A stretch of DNA of 42,300 nt, taken from NCBI GenBank assembly GCA_041674365.1, contig JBAYVX010000001.1, positions 1 through 42,300 on the forward strand, read 5' to 3'. The stretch is from Kiritimatiellales bacterium (lineage in GTDB: Bacteria; Verrucomicrobiota; Kiritimatiellia; Kiritimatiellales; Tichowtungiaceae). Of the stretch, positions 12,201 to 19,190 are shown piece after piece (the first letter of the stretch is position 1; the number at the start of each line of letters is the position of its first letter). The notes below the pieces were generated by a model that made no database searches, had not been told where the DNA came from, and saw only the letters and a program-made list of their open reading frames with translations. The translations under genes were made by a program, and so were the position numbers.

Positions 12201-12406
12201 AGGCGCGGACGGAGTTTGACCGATACGACAGCAGCATCGCAAGCAGCGTTACCAGCAAGTTTAAGCCGCTGTACGTGGAATTGATTAACGCCGGGCGAAC
12301 CGACGAAGCGCAAGCGTTGGCGTCTATGCTTTCTTCGTTGGGGTTGAAATACAAGAACGGCGGCAATATGTACAACTCGAACACGTTCAAGGATTGGCTC
12401 AAGTAA
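3290..12406 (+). CDS. Giant (3038 aa) polyvalent injected virion protein with zincin metallopeptidase-like (HELTH) and ADP-ribosyltransferase-like domains
   Basis: Gly/Ala-rich hydrophobic helices (~aa 450-700). GYYN...HELTH...EIVAD at ~6560-6830. YHGT...FYFS...YLS...GYDGLVF...F.P..IKS at ~7240-7800. Long helical C-terminal half. Lies between portal and scaffold. Confidence 0.75.
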   Translation: MTTDELLARRKQRQQASIPAVNSGGGGSTSRAIKESDSDSDQAQSLLERRKARQQSTASGSIDYAQSWLDMARGTTEKAGSTYGGYRTQFDEINDLIRKAPDVLSDLTKTKRSLSSDDYAKAQSTLYGAYSGLKSIRDQYSQYPTQEDYANALDQQANAAKAGINTTQSQIAQVDEAMRNEQLNPVRYPSLFTVKATTFNRDAYRNILENPELDDAARKRIENYNSLSGYAGYESKTGEPETIVPQKNAELDGTIMWVLGLNGQRDYYEDDIRFGLRDIMTKREVSDFNAVYNTQGRDAAIQYISDIMPDLMETYNRTGTVAQKNKPDYQAQKDTATTQQKQYESDEKNARMAKYQERPYWPGFTESSQPLPGEENELLAQVMISTSRILDASRLSEGFVDRDVLALMSDAEKGTYYNIKHNDGKDAAIQYLDDMASTLGERYTKARMAESAEYAATNPVAASAKSVLQNIAGSVTGGLTIANSLLTGELPSAYSPGFSQQLQAQAARGAVSADMPVWGQKAYDIGMSVADSAAAGVFGPGMGAAIMGTRAAASTMQDSAERGLTYDQAVKLTIVNGLAEILTERVEFGRVFGMMGAGLGAKQAALRVLKNAFSEFGEESLTEFIDIMADKLVAEDKSIWETKLSAYQAEGMDAETAQNRVMGDFIAQIGEAGVAGFVSGGFLSGITASIDAYSETANTGADIRENSSVDALIAEGLSVDPNSRAYKSAQRLQSNQSAGQEVSDRAIGKQFNANTKAIKTTNASAIKTRLEGQTNAKAIADALIRATEGKALGNSYAQLIAENDAARALLAEMSNTEVAESVTAKEVQAIAKGAAGGQIAPVAVTRAQGAATPAQQAQTAAQPAQAVKTPFTGFSGGAKTISAIQDGQPVTITGVSSTNGDTVFVTLDNGYTADVSDLSFADENTAALYSFAAEYEGQAAATFVYGFSGSTPLSDYAAGFQYMYKMGKVKMPFAQAYKQMPGSMTEAEAMAAHAAGTNAAENAMPTQAEPVEDVAQEDAPKSQAPKPETEAKAEDKPAEKKYKPGLVRSFNFKTANLSETSKIQLRVIDALAKRAGIAVVVSDKLAAGKNGYYNHVTNELVISLNAIDGGYLYVAVHELTHYIQNNNAVEYDVLREFVLQKLAEQQGYDLEARIKELQAIYKAQVDQDLTRDEAIDEIVADGCASILTDETTVMELVKKNRTLAQKIADFFKDFYEELRDIVMRISERGHPESAALAQDVAAVREIYVTWMVALDNAVFDPNVSAGVAVAQDTEVDAADDAQYSVERDAEYMSAVESGDMDAAQRMVDEAAKAAGYTVKAYHGTQSGGFTVFDKNLVTWQTAFYFSDDRRVSETYADSTDNIDLKEGGNFQSGVYDVYLSPKNIRVIEAANTSWNLVVEKTGEAKTYSELTEEDIEKFEDKYSQDWDLENFVDEDGDELPVFDVDNFILNPPGKTNDYIDSTRLDGYDGLVFRGIRDSATPDFVPISDVYAMFNPERIKSSDPVTYDDSGNVIPLSQRFNASSNDIRYMLQGNTPLSNPDLIAENETLRQSVDLLQKQFELTNGPVMTKEQLTGMARGIVKEYKSKFDPDTLAANLAAISQFVRSGDNTVNWTDVSEATTEIARGVLEQSADVDEQNEETTKALKTKLRETKIKLNDEQKAQIKYYTGMDYEPFRRKYFGRIRFTEEGTPLDNLWGELQGEWPHLFGDVTATDEGHVLVNVLDSLQPIYQNPYGMDMDNAAAHLALRMFDEYLSLPAATFADEMDLKRKAEVAALRQQFKDRMKKLRADSKSKYDERLKALKAEEAAKRKVLSDQFKEATSAELKAKLRDQYRKLTDKRNADVAAKMAYYQAKQKTDATKRKESAVARKYRTRIEATAREMYDYMTRPSDKKHVPLFMRDSVMTVLELLDFGRTFKSGKRSGQITNKGVDWRAAVDALKNEIDNYNKVKAGLSKENADAYANEYLLIDPDMVDTIKQYVDSLTKTGTVNVADMNAEQLKAFYKIIGGLWHSIKNINRTWSNARYERQSDFGDALNSDLKALRDKRINGKNPLAKLDGLLNYDMLDSYSFGDRMGATGRALIDELDKGNLKKISRMREAADFTQGMFKQNGITGKDVRNWAKTTRQVTLESGKTVTMSISNMMEAHALYRRHTDGYHLPRGGMRIEAIDKGIVKGVVNQVQTFPATPTDLDNISSLLTGRQRAVMDAMQDYLSTTVAQWGNETSMLLYGYEKYTEDHYWPYRSDPNYMRSQQPKKTGLINGILNAGFTNPLVQGASNPIYVGDAFQTFVNHIIEMASYNGLAAPMEDALRVYNYVERIENADGTMRNGTSVKEQIERTMGVRGKAYFEKLIEDINGTSTGAYEAEISSALLSMAKGGMVMWRARVVIQQPTALMRATAMISPKYLAAAVIKKHSIAEMQKYAPIAWWKAQGGYDTSVGRSMRSVILGDQNVQDKWGEVGFWAAARADDVTWSHLWEAVKLEVAHENPALNKLSSEFLDKASERFTDIVNRTQVVDSVMHRSQIMRSENGFAKMATMFMSEPTKAYNLARSAFSDVANKNSKTARRRLARATYALAVTSLTNAIVLGLYDAWRKRDKDETFWESFLTEFMGWDKSKMTMDAFLSNPMNWGGNLGDELSPLRYIPYGRDILSMMQGFDMERTDMALIGDMKTAIDNTVKYFDGTSKYTPYKVFSDLTKTVSPFVGFPVSGLLTTGEDVVNGIAPGTIQTKRDTASATTTYQKMYDMILSGDKAGVSKTRTDIRTISKNADLAAKKYNVYGFAMKSDAEIDKGIAAILSTSDTRIADMYAAFKTNDASGLARIRSEVMKAGFTKDMVDQALVIYRNAQTETAASTDLTKTLSARLYSNDDLFAAIRSGKSASVSMIYKEMLADSSAADPEASIRSSAVSEFKPEYVKLYDAGSTAKMETLKKTLVGTFGVTEDQIFEWLYTSRYTKIKESIESGDVEAAQKYVAQARTEFDRYDSSIASSVTSKFKPLYVELINAGRTDEAQALASMLSSLGLKYKNGGNMYNSNTFKDWLK

Positions 12407-12433
12407 TCGCAAAATTAATATTGCGTGAATTGC

Positions 12434-12463
12434 TTGCATACGTTATCCTAGAAATCCTATAAT
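12434..12463 (+). promoter_or_regulatory. Sigma-A-type promoter for the scaffold/capsid operon
   Basis: TTGCAT (12434-12439), 18 bp spacer, TATAAT (12458-12463). Confidence 0.65.
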
Positions 12464-12480
12464 GTAGGTGGGAATATCCC

Positions 12481-12545
12481 TGACACTTCGGAAAGACGAT
12501 GTATGACACTTCGGAAAGACGATGTATGACGGTGGGAAAGACCAC
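12481..12545 (+). repeat. Tandem 23-bp repeat (two perfect copies plus one variant) forming GAAAGA-loop hairpins in the scaffold 5' UTR
   Basis: TGACACTTCGGAAAGACGATGTA at 12481 and 12504; TGACGGTGGGAAAGACCAC at 12527. Confidence 0.85.
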
Positions 12546-12555
12546 GGGAGGAACC

Positions 12556-13521
12556 ATGAATACGATTTATAACCTTACCCTGAGTATGTTTGACGGTGGC
12601 GCTGGTGCAGGCGCAGGAGCGGCAGGAGCCGCAGCGACCGGAACAGCATCACCCGCAGGCGAAGGGGCCGCACCCGATGCGGCGGCACCCAAGACAGGGA
12701 AGGAAGAAGCTAAGATTGTTTACGGCAAAGCGCCCGACGAACCGGCCCCGGTACAAGCCGCAGAGCCAATGGAAGCGCAAGCCGAACCCGAAGCGGTAGA
12801 CCCCGATGCGGAGTTTGACCAGCTTATTGCAGGCAAACATAAAGACCAGTTCAGCAAGAAGATAGAAGCGATCATCAACAAGCGCTTCAAAGACTACAAG
12901 GCGCTTGAGAACAAGGTTACGAAGTTGACACCTTCCATGAAACTGCTTGCTGAAAGGTACAAAGTCGATCCTGAAAACGACGACGCATTGGCTACCGCCA
13001 TTCAGAACGACGATTCCTTTTACGAGGACGCCGCCATACAGTCTGGCATGACCGTCGAAGCGTACAAAGAGGTTCAGCGCGCGAAGCGGTACAACGAACA
13101 GTACGAGGCGGCAGAAGCGCAACGTCTGAAAAAAGAGCACATGGAAGCCGCGATTCAAAAGCAGGTCGAGGATGCGAAGCAGCTAAAGCAGACCTACCCC
13201 AAATTCGACCTTAAAACGGAACTGGCGAATCCTGCGTTTATGCAACTGGTGCATCCCGACAACCCTTATGCGTTGGACGTTGCTACAGCGTACAAGGTGG
13301 TACACCACGACGACATGCAGAAAGAAACGATTCAATATACCGCACAGCGCGCGCAGAAGGAAACTGCTGACGACATCCGGGCGCGAGGACAGCGCCCCGC
13401 AGAAAACGGATTGGGCGGGCAGGCCGCCGCTGTGATTCGCAAGGCCGATCCGAACACATGGACACGGCAGGACCGCGACGAAGTTGAAAAGCGCATAATG
13501 CGCGGCGAGACAATCAGATAG
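12556..13521 (+). CDS. Capsid scaffolding protein with Prp-type N-terminal cleavage motif
   Basis: GGGAGG RBS before ATG 12556. N-terminus YNLTLSMF-DG, Ala/Pro/Glu-rich linker, coiled coil. Immediately upstream of the capsid gene. Confidence 0.8.
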   Translation: MNTIYNLTLSMFDGGAGAGAGAAGAAATGTASPAGEGAAPDAAAPKTGKEEAKIVYGKAPDEPAPVQAAEPMEAQAEPEAVDPDAEFDQLIAGKHKDQFSKKIEAIINKRFKDYKALENKVTKLTPSMKLLAERYKVDPENDDALATAIQNDDSFYEDAAIQSGMTVEAYKEVQRAKRYNEQYEAAEAQRLKKEHMEAAIQKQVEDAKQLKQTYPKFDLKTELANPAFMQLVHPDNPYALDVATAYKVVHHDDMQKETIQYTAQRAQKETADDIRARGQRPAENGLGGQAAAVIRKADPNTWTRQDRDEVEKRIMRGETIR

Positions 13522-13544
13522 CCCAAAAGGCTGGAGGTACACGC

Positions 13545-14837
13545 ATGATTGAGATTTACGGATTGAATCTCCAGATGTTTGCGGACGCAAGCATTCAGAC
13601 CACTTTGCTTTCCGGGCTTTCCGCAGAGCAAAAGACCTACTATGAGAAACGCCTGATCGACCACGCGGAACCGGAATTGGTTCACAACCAGTTCGGCATG
13701 AAAAAGGCCATTCCGCAGGGTTCCGGCAAGACCATCGAGTTTCGTTATTTCTCCCCGCTTGCCAAGAAAACGGCAGCGTTGACCGAAGGTGTTGTGCCCG
13801 ATGGCGACAACATGACGGTAAACGCAATTACCGCGACTGCCTTGCAGTACGGCAATTACGTTACCTCGTCTGACCTGATTGAAATGACCGCCTATGACCC
13901 ATGGGTGTTGCAGGTTACCAGAGAGCTTGCTTCGCAGGCTGGCCGGTCTATCGACACGCTTACCCGCGACGTTATCAACGGCGGCAGCCAGGTAATGTAT
14001 GCGCCTTATGTGTCCGGCGAAACCATTACGGCCACCGCTGACCGCAGCGAGATTACGGCCAACTCCAAGCTCACGTTGACCGAGATTTTCGAAGCGGTTG
14101 CCGAGCTTCGCACCTTGAACGCCAAGATGATTGACGGTGGCCTTGTCGCCATCATTCACCCGTTTACGGAAATGGATTTGATGCTTTCGGACGATTGGAA
14201 GGAAGCCGTTAAATACCAGACCGCGAACAAGATTTATCAGGGCGAGATCGGCATGATCGGCGGCGTGCGGTTTGTGCGCTCCACCGAAGCCAAGGTGATT
14301 GCCCCGTCCGCGATCTGCGGCGTGCTGTCGAACCGGCTTTCGCTGAAAACCGCGCTGGATGCTTCTCCCGGCAGCGTGGACATTTACCCTACCACCGCTA
14401 TTGCTACTGCTGACGCGGCGACCATCACGGCGGCTATCTCCGCTGGCGCTGTGTACACGCTTTATGTCGGCGGCACTGAGGGCACGGTTGCCAGTGTCAC
14501 GGCGGGCGCGGCTGGCACCTGCAAGATTACCTTAACCGAAGCCATTACCAGCAAGTCAGTTGGCGCGGTCATCTGCGGCCCCGACGCGGGCGCGGACGGT
14601 TCCGCAGTATTCATGACGATGGTGTTGGGCGCGGATGCCTATGGTGTTATCGAGATCAGCGGCGGCGGCTTACAGCATATCGTGAAGCCGCGCGGTAGCG
14701 CCGGCACGGCTGACCCGCTAGATCAGATTTCCACGGTCGGCTGGAAAACCACCCACGTTGCCAAGCGCCTTGTCGAGGAATACATGATGCGCGTCGAGCA
14801 CGGCACCAGCAAGTCGGCCACCGTGCAAAGTAACTAA
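13545..14837 (+). CDS. Major capsid protein, N4-gp56 family
   Basis: LNLQMFA N-terminus, HNQFG...IP...GKTIEFR, LTEGVVP, QYG, GEIG.IGGVRFV, DPLDQ.STVGWK. Confidence 0.92.
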   Translation: MIEIYGLNLQMFADASIQTTLLSGLSAEQKTYYEKRLIDHAEPELVHNQFGMKKAIPQGSGKTIEFRYFSPLAKKTAALTEGVVPDGDNMTVNAITATALQYGNYVTSSDLIEMTAYDPWVLQVTRELASQAGRSIDTLTRDVINGGSQVMYAPYVSGETITATADRSEITANSKLTLTEIFEAVAELRTLNAKMIDGGLVAIIHPFTEMDLMLSDDWKEAVKYQTANKIYQGEIGMIGGVRFVRSTEAKVIAPSAICGVLSNRLSLKTALDASPGSVDIYPTTAIATADAATITAAISAGAVYTLYVGGTEGTVASVTAGAAGTCKITLTEAITSKSVGAVICGPDAGADGSAVFMTMVLGADAYGVIEISGGGLQHIVKPRGSAGTADPLDQISTVGWKTTHVAKRLVEEYMMRVEHGTSKSATVQSN

Positions 14838-14849
14838 CACGATTGATGC

Positions 14850-14871
14850 GGCGGGCCCTTAACCGGGCCCG
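14850..14871 (+). other. GC-rich hairpin after the capsid gene (stabiliser or attenuator)
   Basis: GCGGGCCC-TTAACC-GGGCCCGC; no U-tract. Confidence 0.45.
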
Positions 14872-14889
14872 CTAGAATGGGAGGGCAGC

Positions 14890-15204
14890 ATGGCTAAGGT
14901 TACCACTGAACCGAATCGAAGTGCAGCGGACGCGCACCTTGAAATGATTACCGCGCTCAGAGCAAAAAGGCCGGAAACCAAACGAATGGAGATTCCCAGC
15001 ACCGAATCGCAAGAGGGCAACAGCTTTTTCGTGTCGGTCAACGGGCGCAGGTTTTTGGTTCCCTATGATACCCAGGTCGATCTTCCGTATGAGGTTGCAA
15101 AGGTGATTGAGGAATCCCGCGCATCCGACAAGGCGGTGACCGCAAGGCGGCGCAAGCTGGCCGGGCAACTCAACGACACGGCCCGAAAGCTCTTGCAGAT
15201 TTAA
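14890..15204 (+). CDS. Small conserved-type head-region protein
   Basis: GGAGG RBS. FVSVNG..FLVP...VDLPYEVA.VIEES resembles genes that follow N4-gp56-type capsids. Confidence 0.6.
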   Translation: MAKVTTEPNRSAADAHLEMITALRAKRPETKRMEIPSTESQEGNSFFVSVNGRRFLVPYDTQVDLPYEVAKVIEESRASDKAVTARRRKLAGQLNDTARKLLQI

Positions 15205-15219
15205 TAACACGACCATTCA

Positions 15220-15257
15220 TCAGGCGGCGCGACAACATAAGTCAGCCGCCTGTTTTT
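15220..15257 (+). terminator. Probable rho-independent terminator
   Basis: CAGGCGGC...GCCGCCTG stem followed by TTTTT. Confidence 0.6.
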
Positions 15258-15270
15258 CACAGGAGGGCAT

Positions 15271-15678
15271 ATGACAATCGCATTGGCAATCTCCGAAACG
15301 GATGCCCTAAAACCCAACCAGTATACTACTGCCCAAAAGATCAAGTGGCTCTCCGAACTTGATCTGAAAATTAAGTTGGAAATCATCAACGCGCACGAAG
15401 GGTACGAAACCATCCCGGACTTAGGGCTTGACGATGACGGTGAGCAAATTCCGTTCGTCGGGTACACAGACGCAACCGACACGTCAACCGTGTTGCTGGC
15501 TCCCGATCCGTATTCCATCATTTATAGCCATTGGCTGTGCGCAAAGATTGACTACTACAACAACGAGATCACCCGGTACAATAACACGGTCATGATGTAT
15601 AACACCGCGCTCCAAGAATATTCCGCGTGGTACAACCGCACCGTTTTACCGCGTCAACCAAACACCATTTACGTATAG
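15271..15678 (+). CDS. Head-tail adaptor-like protein
   Basis: 135 aa with KPNQY...KIKWLSELD...LLAPDPY..IY..WL.AKIDYYNNE..RYNN; sits between capsid and nozzle. Confidence 0.6.
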   Translation: MTIALAISETDALKPNQYTTAQKIKWLSELDLKIKLEIINAHEGYETIPDLGLDDDGEQIPFVGYTDATDTSTVLLAPDPYSIIYSHWLCAKIDYYNNEITRYNNTVMMYNTALQEYSAWYNRTVLPRQPNTIYV

Positions 15679-15691
15679 CGAGGGCAAAGAT

Positions 15692-17416
15692 ATGTTTCTG
15701 CCCACATTGGACGAAGCCCAAAAAACCCGTGATTACAACATGGAGTTTAAGGGCTATAACCACAATCTGTATGTCAAGAACGGCCAGTTCTACGACATGC
15801 AGAACCTCACATCCAAATACTATCCCGCTTTGGCTCCGCGTTCTCGCCGTGGTAAGATACGGCAGTTGACGAAGCCCAACGGGTTATTTGCCAAGAACAA
15901 GCTATGCTGGGTGGACGGAACGAATTTCTACTACAACAACGCCATCATTGGCACGGTGGCCGACAGCGTCAAGCAGTTCGTGGGCATGGGCGCTTATATC
16001 CTGATCTTCCCGGACAAGAAGCTATTCAACACATCCACGCTTGCGCTTACGAGCCTTGTAGCGACGTTTACGGCGGCTGTAGATGCTACCGTTACTTATG
16101 CCTTATCCAAGGTCGATGCAAGTGCCTACGGCTCGTACACGGCCTCTGACGCGGCTCCTGAATCGCCCACGAACGGCCAACTATGGGTTGACACAAGCGT
16201 TACCCCAAACGTGTTGAAGTCGTACAGCACCACCTCCGCATTGTGGGTATCGGTTCCGACCACTTATATCAAGATCGGTGCAACCGGCATTGGTACGCCG
16301 TTCACCGAGGGCGACAGCGTGACCATTACCGGATCGACCGTAACTGATTTGAACGCGACTGGCGTTATCGTGGACAAGGGTACGGACTACATCGTTATGA
16401 CCGGCATCCTGACCGCCGCCGCCTCTCAAACAGGTAGCCTGGTGGTGCAGCGCAAGGTTCCCGACATGGATTTTGTGACCGAATGCAATAACCGGCTGTG
16501 GGGCTGCTCATCCACAAACCATGAGGTATACGCCTGCAAGCTGGGCGATCCGACCAACTGGTACACTTATACCACGTTGGCCGACGCGTCGTTTGCGGCC
16601 ACCATTGGATCGGACGGAGATTTTACTGGGGCGTATACGCATCGTAGTACGGTATACTTCTTCAAAGAGGATAGCGTACATCAGGTTATGGGCGTAAAGC
16701 CGCCGTTCTCCATCGATGAGGTTAAGGTACGCGGCGTACAAAAGGGAAGCGAAAAATCCCTTGCGCTGCTGAACGAAACCTTGTTCTACAAAGCGCGTAC
16801 CGGCATCTGTGCATTTGATGGCTCTGAGCCGTTCGACGTTTCGCGCGAGTTGGGCACCGGGCGTTATGACAACGCTGTGGCAGGCGCGTATGATGGGCGC
16901 TACTATGTGTCCATGCAGGATGAATCCGACGCATGGCATCTATTTGTGTTTGATGAAGCTGCAGGCATGTGGCACCGAGAGGACGCGACGCACGCGTTAT
17001 ATTTTGCCTATCTGGATGGCGAAATGTACTATGTGGATTCTGCGGGCTGGCTGTGGACGATTGGCGGCACGCTCACAGCGTATACCGCAACGCCAGACGT
17101 TGCCACACAAGAAGCGGCGGTAAGTTGGATCGCAGAGACGGGCGACATTGGCATGGAACTGCCGGATCACAAGTATGTGACCAAGATTCAATTGCGCGTG
17201 TCCATCGACACCAGCGCAACCATGAAAGCGTATGTGCAATACGATTCGTCCGGTACGTGGGTAGAGAAGGGCAGCATGACCGCTACGTCACGGAAATCCA
17301 TCACGTTCCAGATCACTCCGCAACGATGCGACCATATGAAGATCAAGCTGACGGGCACGGGCGGGTTCCGCTTGTACGCGATTAGCAAGGTTGTTGAGCA
17401 AGGGAGTGAAATGTAA
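15692..17416 (+). CDS. Tail nozzle/stabilisation protein (podovirus tail tubular B/P22 gp10-like)
   Basis: 574 aa, beta-propeller-like (NNRLWG, CKLGDPTNW, SDGDFTG, FFKE, WHRED). Confidence 0.65.
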   Translation: MFLPTLDEAQKTRDYNMEFKGYNHNLYVKNGQFYDMQNLTSKYYPALAPRSRRGKIRQLTKPNGLFAKNKLCWVDGTNFYYNNAIIGTVADSVKQFVGMGAYILIFPDKKLFNTSTLALTSLVATFTAAVDATVTYALSKVDASAYGSYTASDAAPESPTNGQLWVDTSVTPNVLKSYSTTSALWVSVPTTYIKIGATGIGTPFTEGDSVTITGSTVTDLNATGVIVDKGTDYIVMTGILTAAASQTGSLVVQRKVPDMDFVTECNNRLWGCSSTNHEVYACKLGDPTNWYTYTTLADASFAATIGSDGDFTGAYTHRSTVYFFKEDSVHQVMGVKPPFSIDEVKVRGVQKGSEKSLALLNETLFYKARTGICAFDGSEPFDVSRELGTGRYDNAVAGAYDGRYYVSMQDESDAWHLFVFDEAAGMWHREDATHALYFAYLDGEMYYVDSAGWLWTIGGTLTAYTATPDVATQEAAVSWIAETGDIGMELPDHKYVTKIQLRVSIDTSATMKAYVQYDSSGTWVEKGSMTATSRKSITFQITPQRCDHMKIKLTGTGGFRLYAISKVVEQGSEM

Positions 17417-18909
17417 TGGCGTTTCTTCGAATTGATCTCCCGGCTTTTGACGAAGCAGACGATGCCAAGATGCGCCGCCAGATCAAGAGCTATTTGGCAC
17501 AGCTTGAAAAACAACTTAAATATACGCTGGCGAATCTGGACGGAGATAACCTTTCGGATACATACGCCGATTTTGTCAACAGCAAAGTCAGCAGCGCGGA
17601 CTACGAATCACGCATTCAGCAGACCGCGGAACAAATCGCGTTGAAGGTAACGCAAACAAGCTATGATGGCGAAAAGGTATACATTGGCACGTCCGCGCCA
17701 TCTTTGCCCATAGCGGGCATGAAGTGGATCGATACCAGCGTATCGCCTGCGCTACTCAAGTATTGGGACGCGTCGCTTGATACGCCTGCGTGGGTATCCG
17801 CTGGCGCTGATACGGTGAATGCTGTGTCGGTGTTGATAAACGTCACGGACGGTTTGAAGGTAACGCAACAGCTATCCGGACAGTCAATATACACTTACTT
17901 TAAAGCAAACGCCACAAAATTTGGGCTATATCTTTTGTCAGACGATACGCCGATTGCGGAAGCTGGGTATGAGGATGGCGTAGGGTACTTTGCGGTCACG
18001 CGGATTAAGGACCCGCAGGTTGACAACGACATGCACGTTGAAGTATTTGCTGAATCCGCAGGTGACGACACCATAGGATTGAAGTTTGTTCATACCATCG
18101 ACGGAACCGGATACGAGCGCGGGCGCATCGGCTATGTTGCCGATACCGAAACCACCAGCTATATGTTCTTGAAGTACTGGGGCGCGTTTGTTGGGTTGGG
18201 CTATGGCGGCGACGGTAGCGGCGCGTCGTTGCATGGTGAGAACGACACGAATTATGCCGGGGTACACATGGAGGGCGGCGCTGAGGGCGTTGACGGTGCG
18301 GAGTTTACCGCATACCACAAGGACTTTCCCGCTATGCCCGTTACCATCACGCTTGTTCCGGCGACGGTGGTTGACGATGCTGTTAGCGACACGGGAAAGA
18401 TATTGCTTGACGCATATGGCGACACTTCCAGCAAAGACGGGTATGTACATGTGTGGGCACAGCAGAGTACCGGACGTGGCACGATTGAAACGAAAGGCAT
18501 TATCAGGCCGTGGGCGACCGCTACAGACCAGCTGGGGTATGATGGCCGACGATACATCTGCATTTACCTGACCACCAGCCCGAACGTATCATCCGACGAA
18601 CGCTTAAAGCGCGACATAGCCGACATTGACGGAGCCAAGACTTTGGTCTTGAATCTTAAACCGAAACAGTATAGACTAAAGTCGGAACCGGACGATGCGC
18701 CGCTGCACATGGGGTTTGTGCATCGTGAAGTTGTAGACGCGCTGAAACTGGCCGGCATGGGCGCTATGGCCGTGGCACACACCGGCGACGATGGCATGGG
18801 ATCGCTGGTCTACGAGGAATTCATTGCCGCACAGACCGCGATGATACAGGCGCAGCAGCAGCAAATCGAAGCGCTCATGGCGCGCGTGGAAGCACTGGAA
18901 GCACGATAG
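17416..18909 (+). CDS. Tail fibre/spike with C-terminal intramolecular chaperone (peptidase S74)
   Basis: SSDERLKRDI...LKPKQYR...HMGFV...LVYEEFIA followed by a coiled coil. Confidence 0.85.
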   Translation: MAFLRIDLPAFDEADDAKMRRQIKSYLAQLEKQLKYTLANLDGDNLSDTYADFVNSKVSSADYESRIQQTAEQIALKVTQTSYDGEKVYIGTSAPSLPIAGMKWIDTSVSPALLKYWDASLDTPAWVSAGADTVNAVSVLINVTDGLKVTQQLSGQSIYTYFKANATKFGLYLLSDDTPIAEAGYEDGVGYFAVTRIKDPQVDNDMHVEVFAESAGDDTIGLKFVHTIDGTGYERGRIGYVADTETTSYMFLKYWGAFVGLGYGGDGSGASLHGENDTNYAGVHMEGGAEGVDGAEFTAYHKDFPAMPVTITLVPATVVDDAVSDTGKILLDAYGDTSSKDGYVHVWAQQSTGRGTIETKGIIRPWATATDQLGYDGRRYICIYLTTSPNVSSDERLKRDIADIDGAKTLVLNLKPKQYRLKSEPDDAPLHMGFVHREVVDALKLAGMGAMAVAHTGDDGMGSLVYEEFIAAQTAMIQAQQQQIEALMARVEALEAR

Positions 18910-18920
18910 GAGGAACCACA

Positions 18921-19181
18921 ATGAAGTACACCATCATCAGGGCAACCAAAGGCGGCAGTCCTGTCACCATGACGAGCGGCGTCGCTTCGAACACTTCGGA
19001 CAAAGAGATTGTTATGCTTGTTGAGTTGGAGGGCGCGGAAACATATGCCGGAATACTGTCCAGTTTGCCGCCGTGCCAACCCGGAAGCACGGTTTACAGC
19101 ACGGAATACTTCACCGACCCAACCGACGCCGCAGCGTTTACCGCAATGAAGAAGCCGTCCGGCACGTGGTCGTACGCATAG
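18921..19181 (+). CDS. Hypothetical tail-region protein
   Basis: AGGAGG RBS, 86 aa, tightly packed between neighbours. Confidence 0.6.
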   Translation: MKYTIIRATKGGSPVTMTSGVASNTSDKEIVMLVELEGAETYAGILSSLPPCQPGSTVYSTEYFTDPTDAAAFTAMKKPSGTWSYA

Positions 19182-19190
19182 GAGGAAGCT

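Noticed and set aside
3290-12406. Tape measure protein or virion RNA polymerase
   Set aside because: No tail tube or chaperone genes, the position is in the head module, and no polymerase motifs were recognised.
12481-12545. Mini CRISPR array
   Set aside because: The repeats are directly adjacent with no spacers, and there are no cas genes.
12499-12555. Longer scaffold start given in the ORF track
   Set aside because: It runs through the repeats with no RBS. ATG 12556 has GGGAGG and places the Prp motif at the same position as in the capsid.
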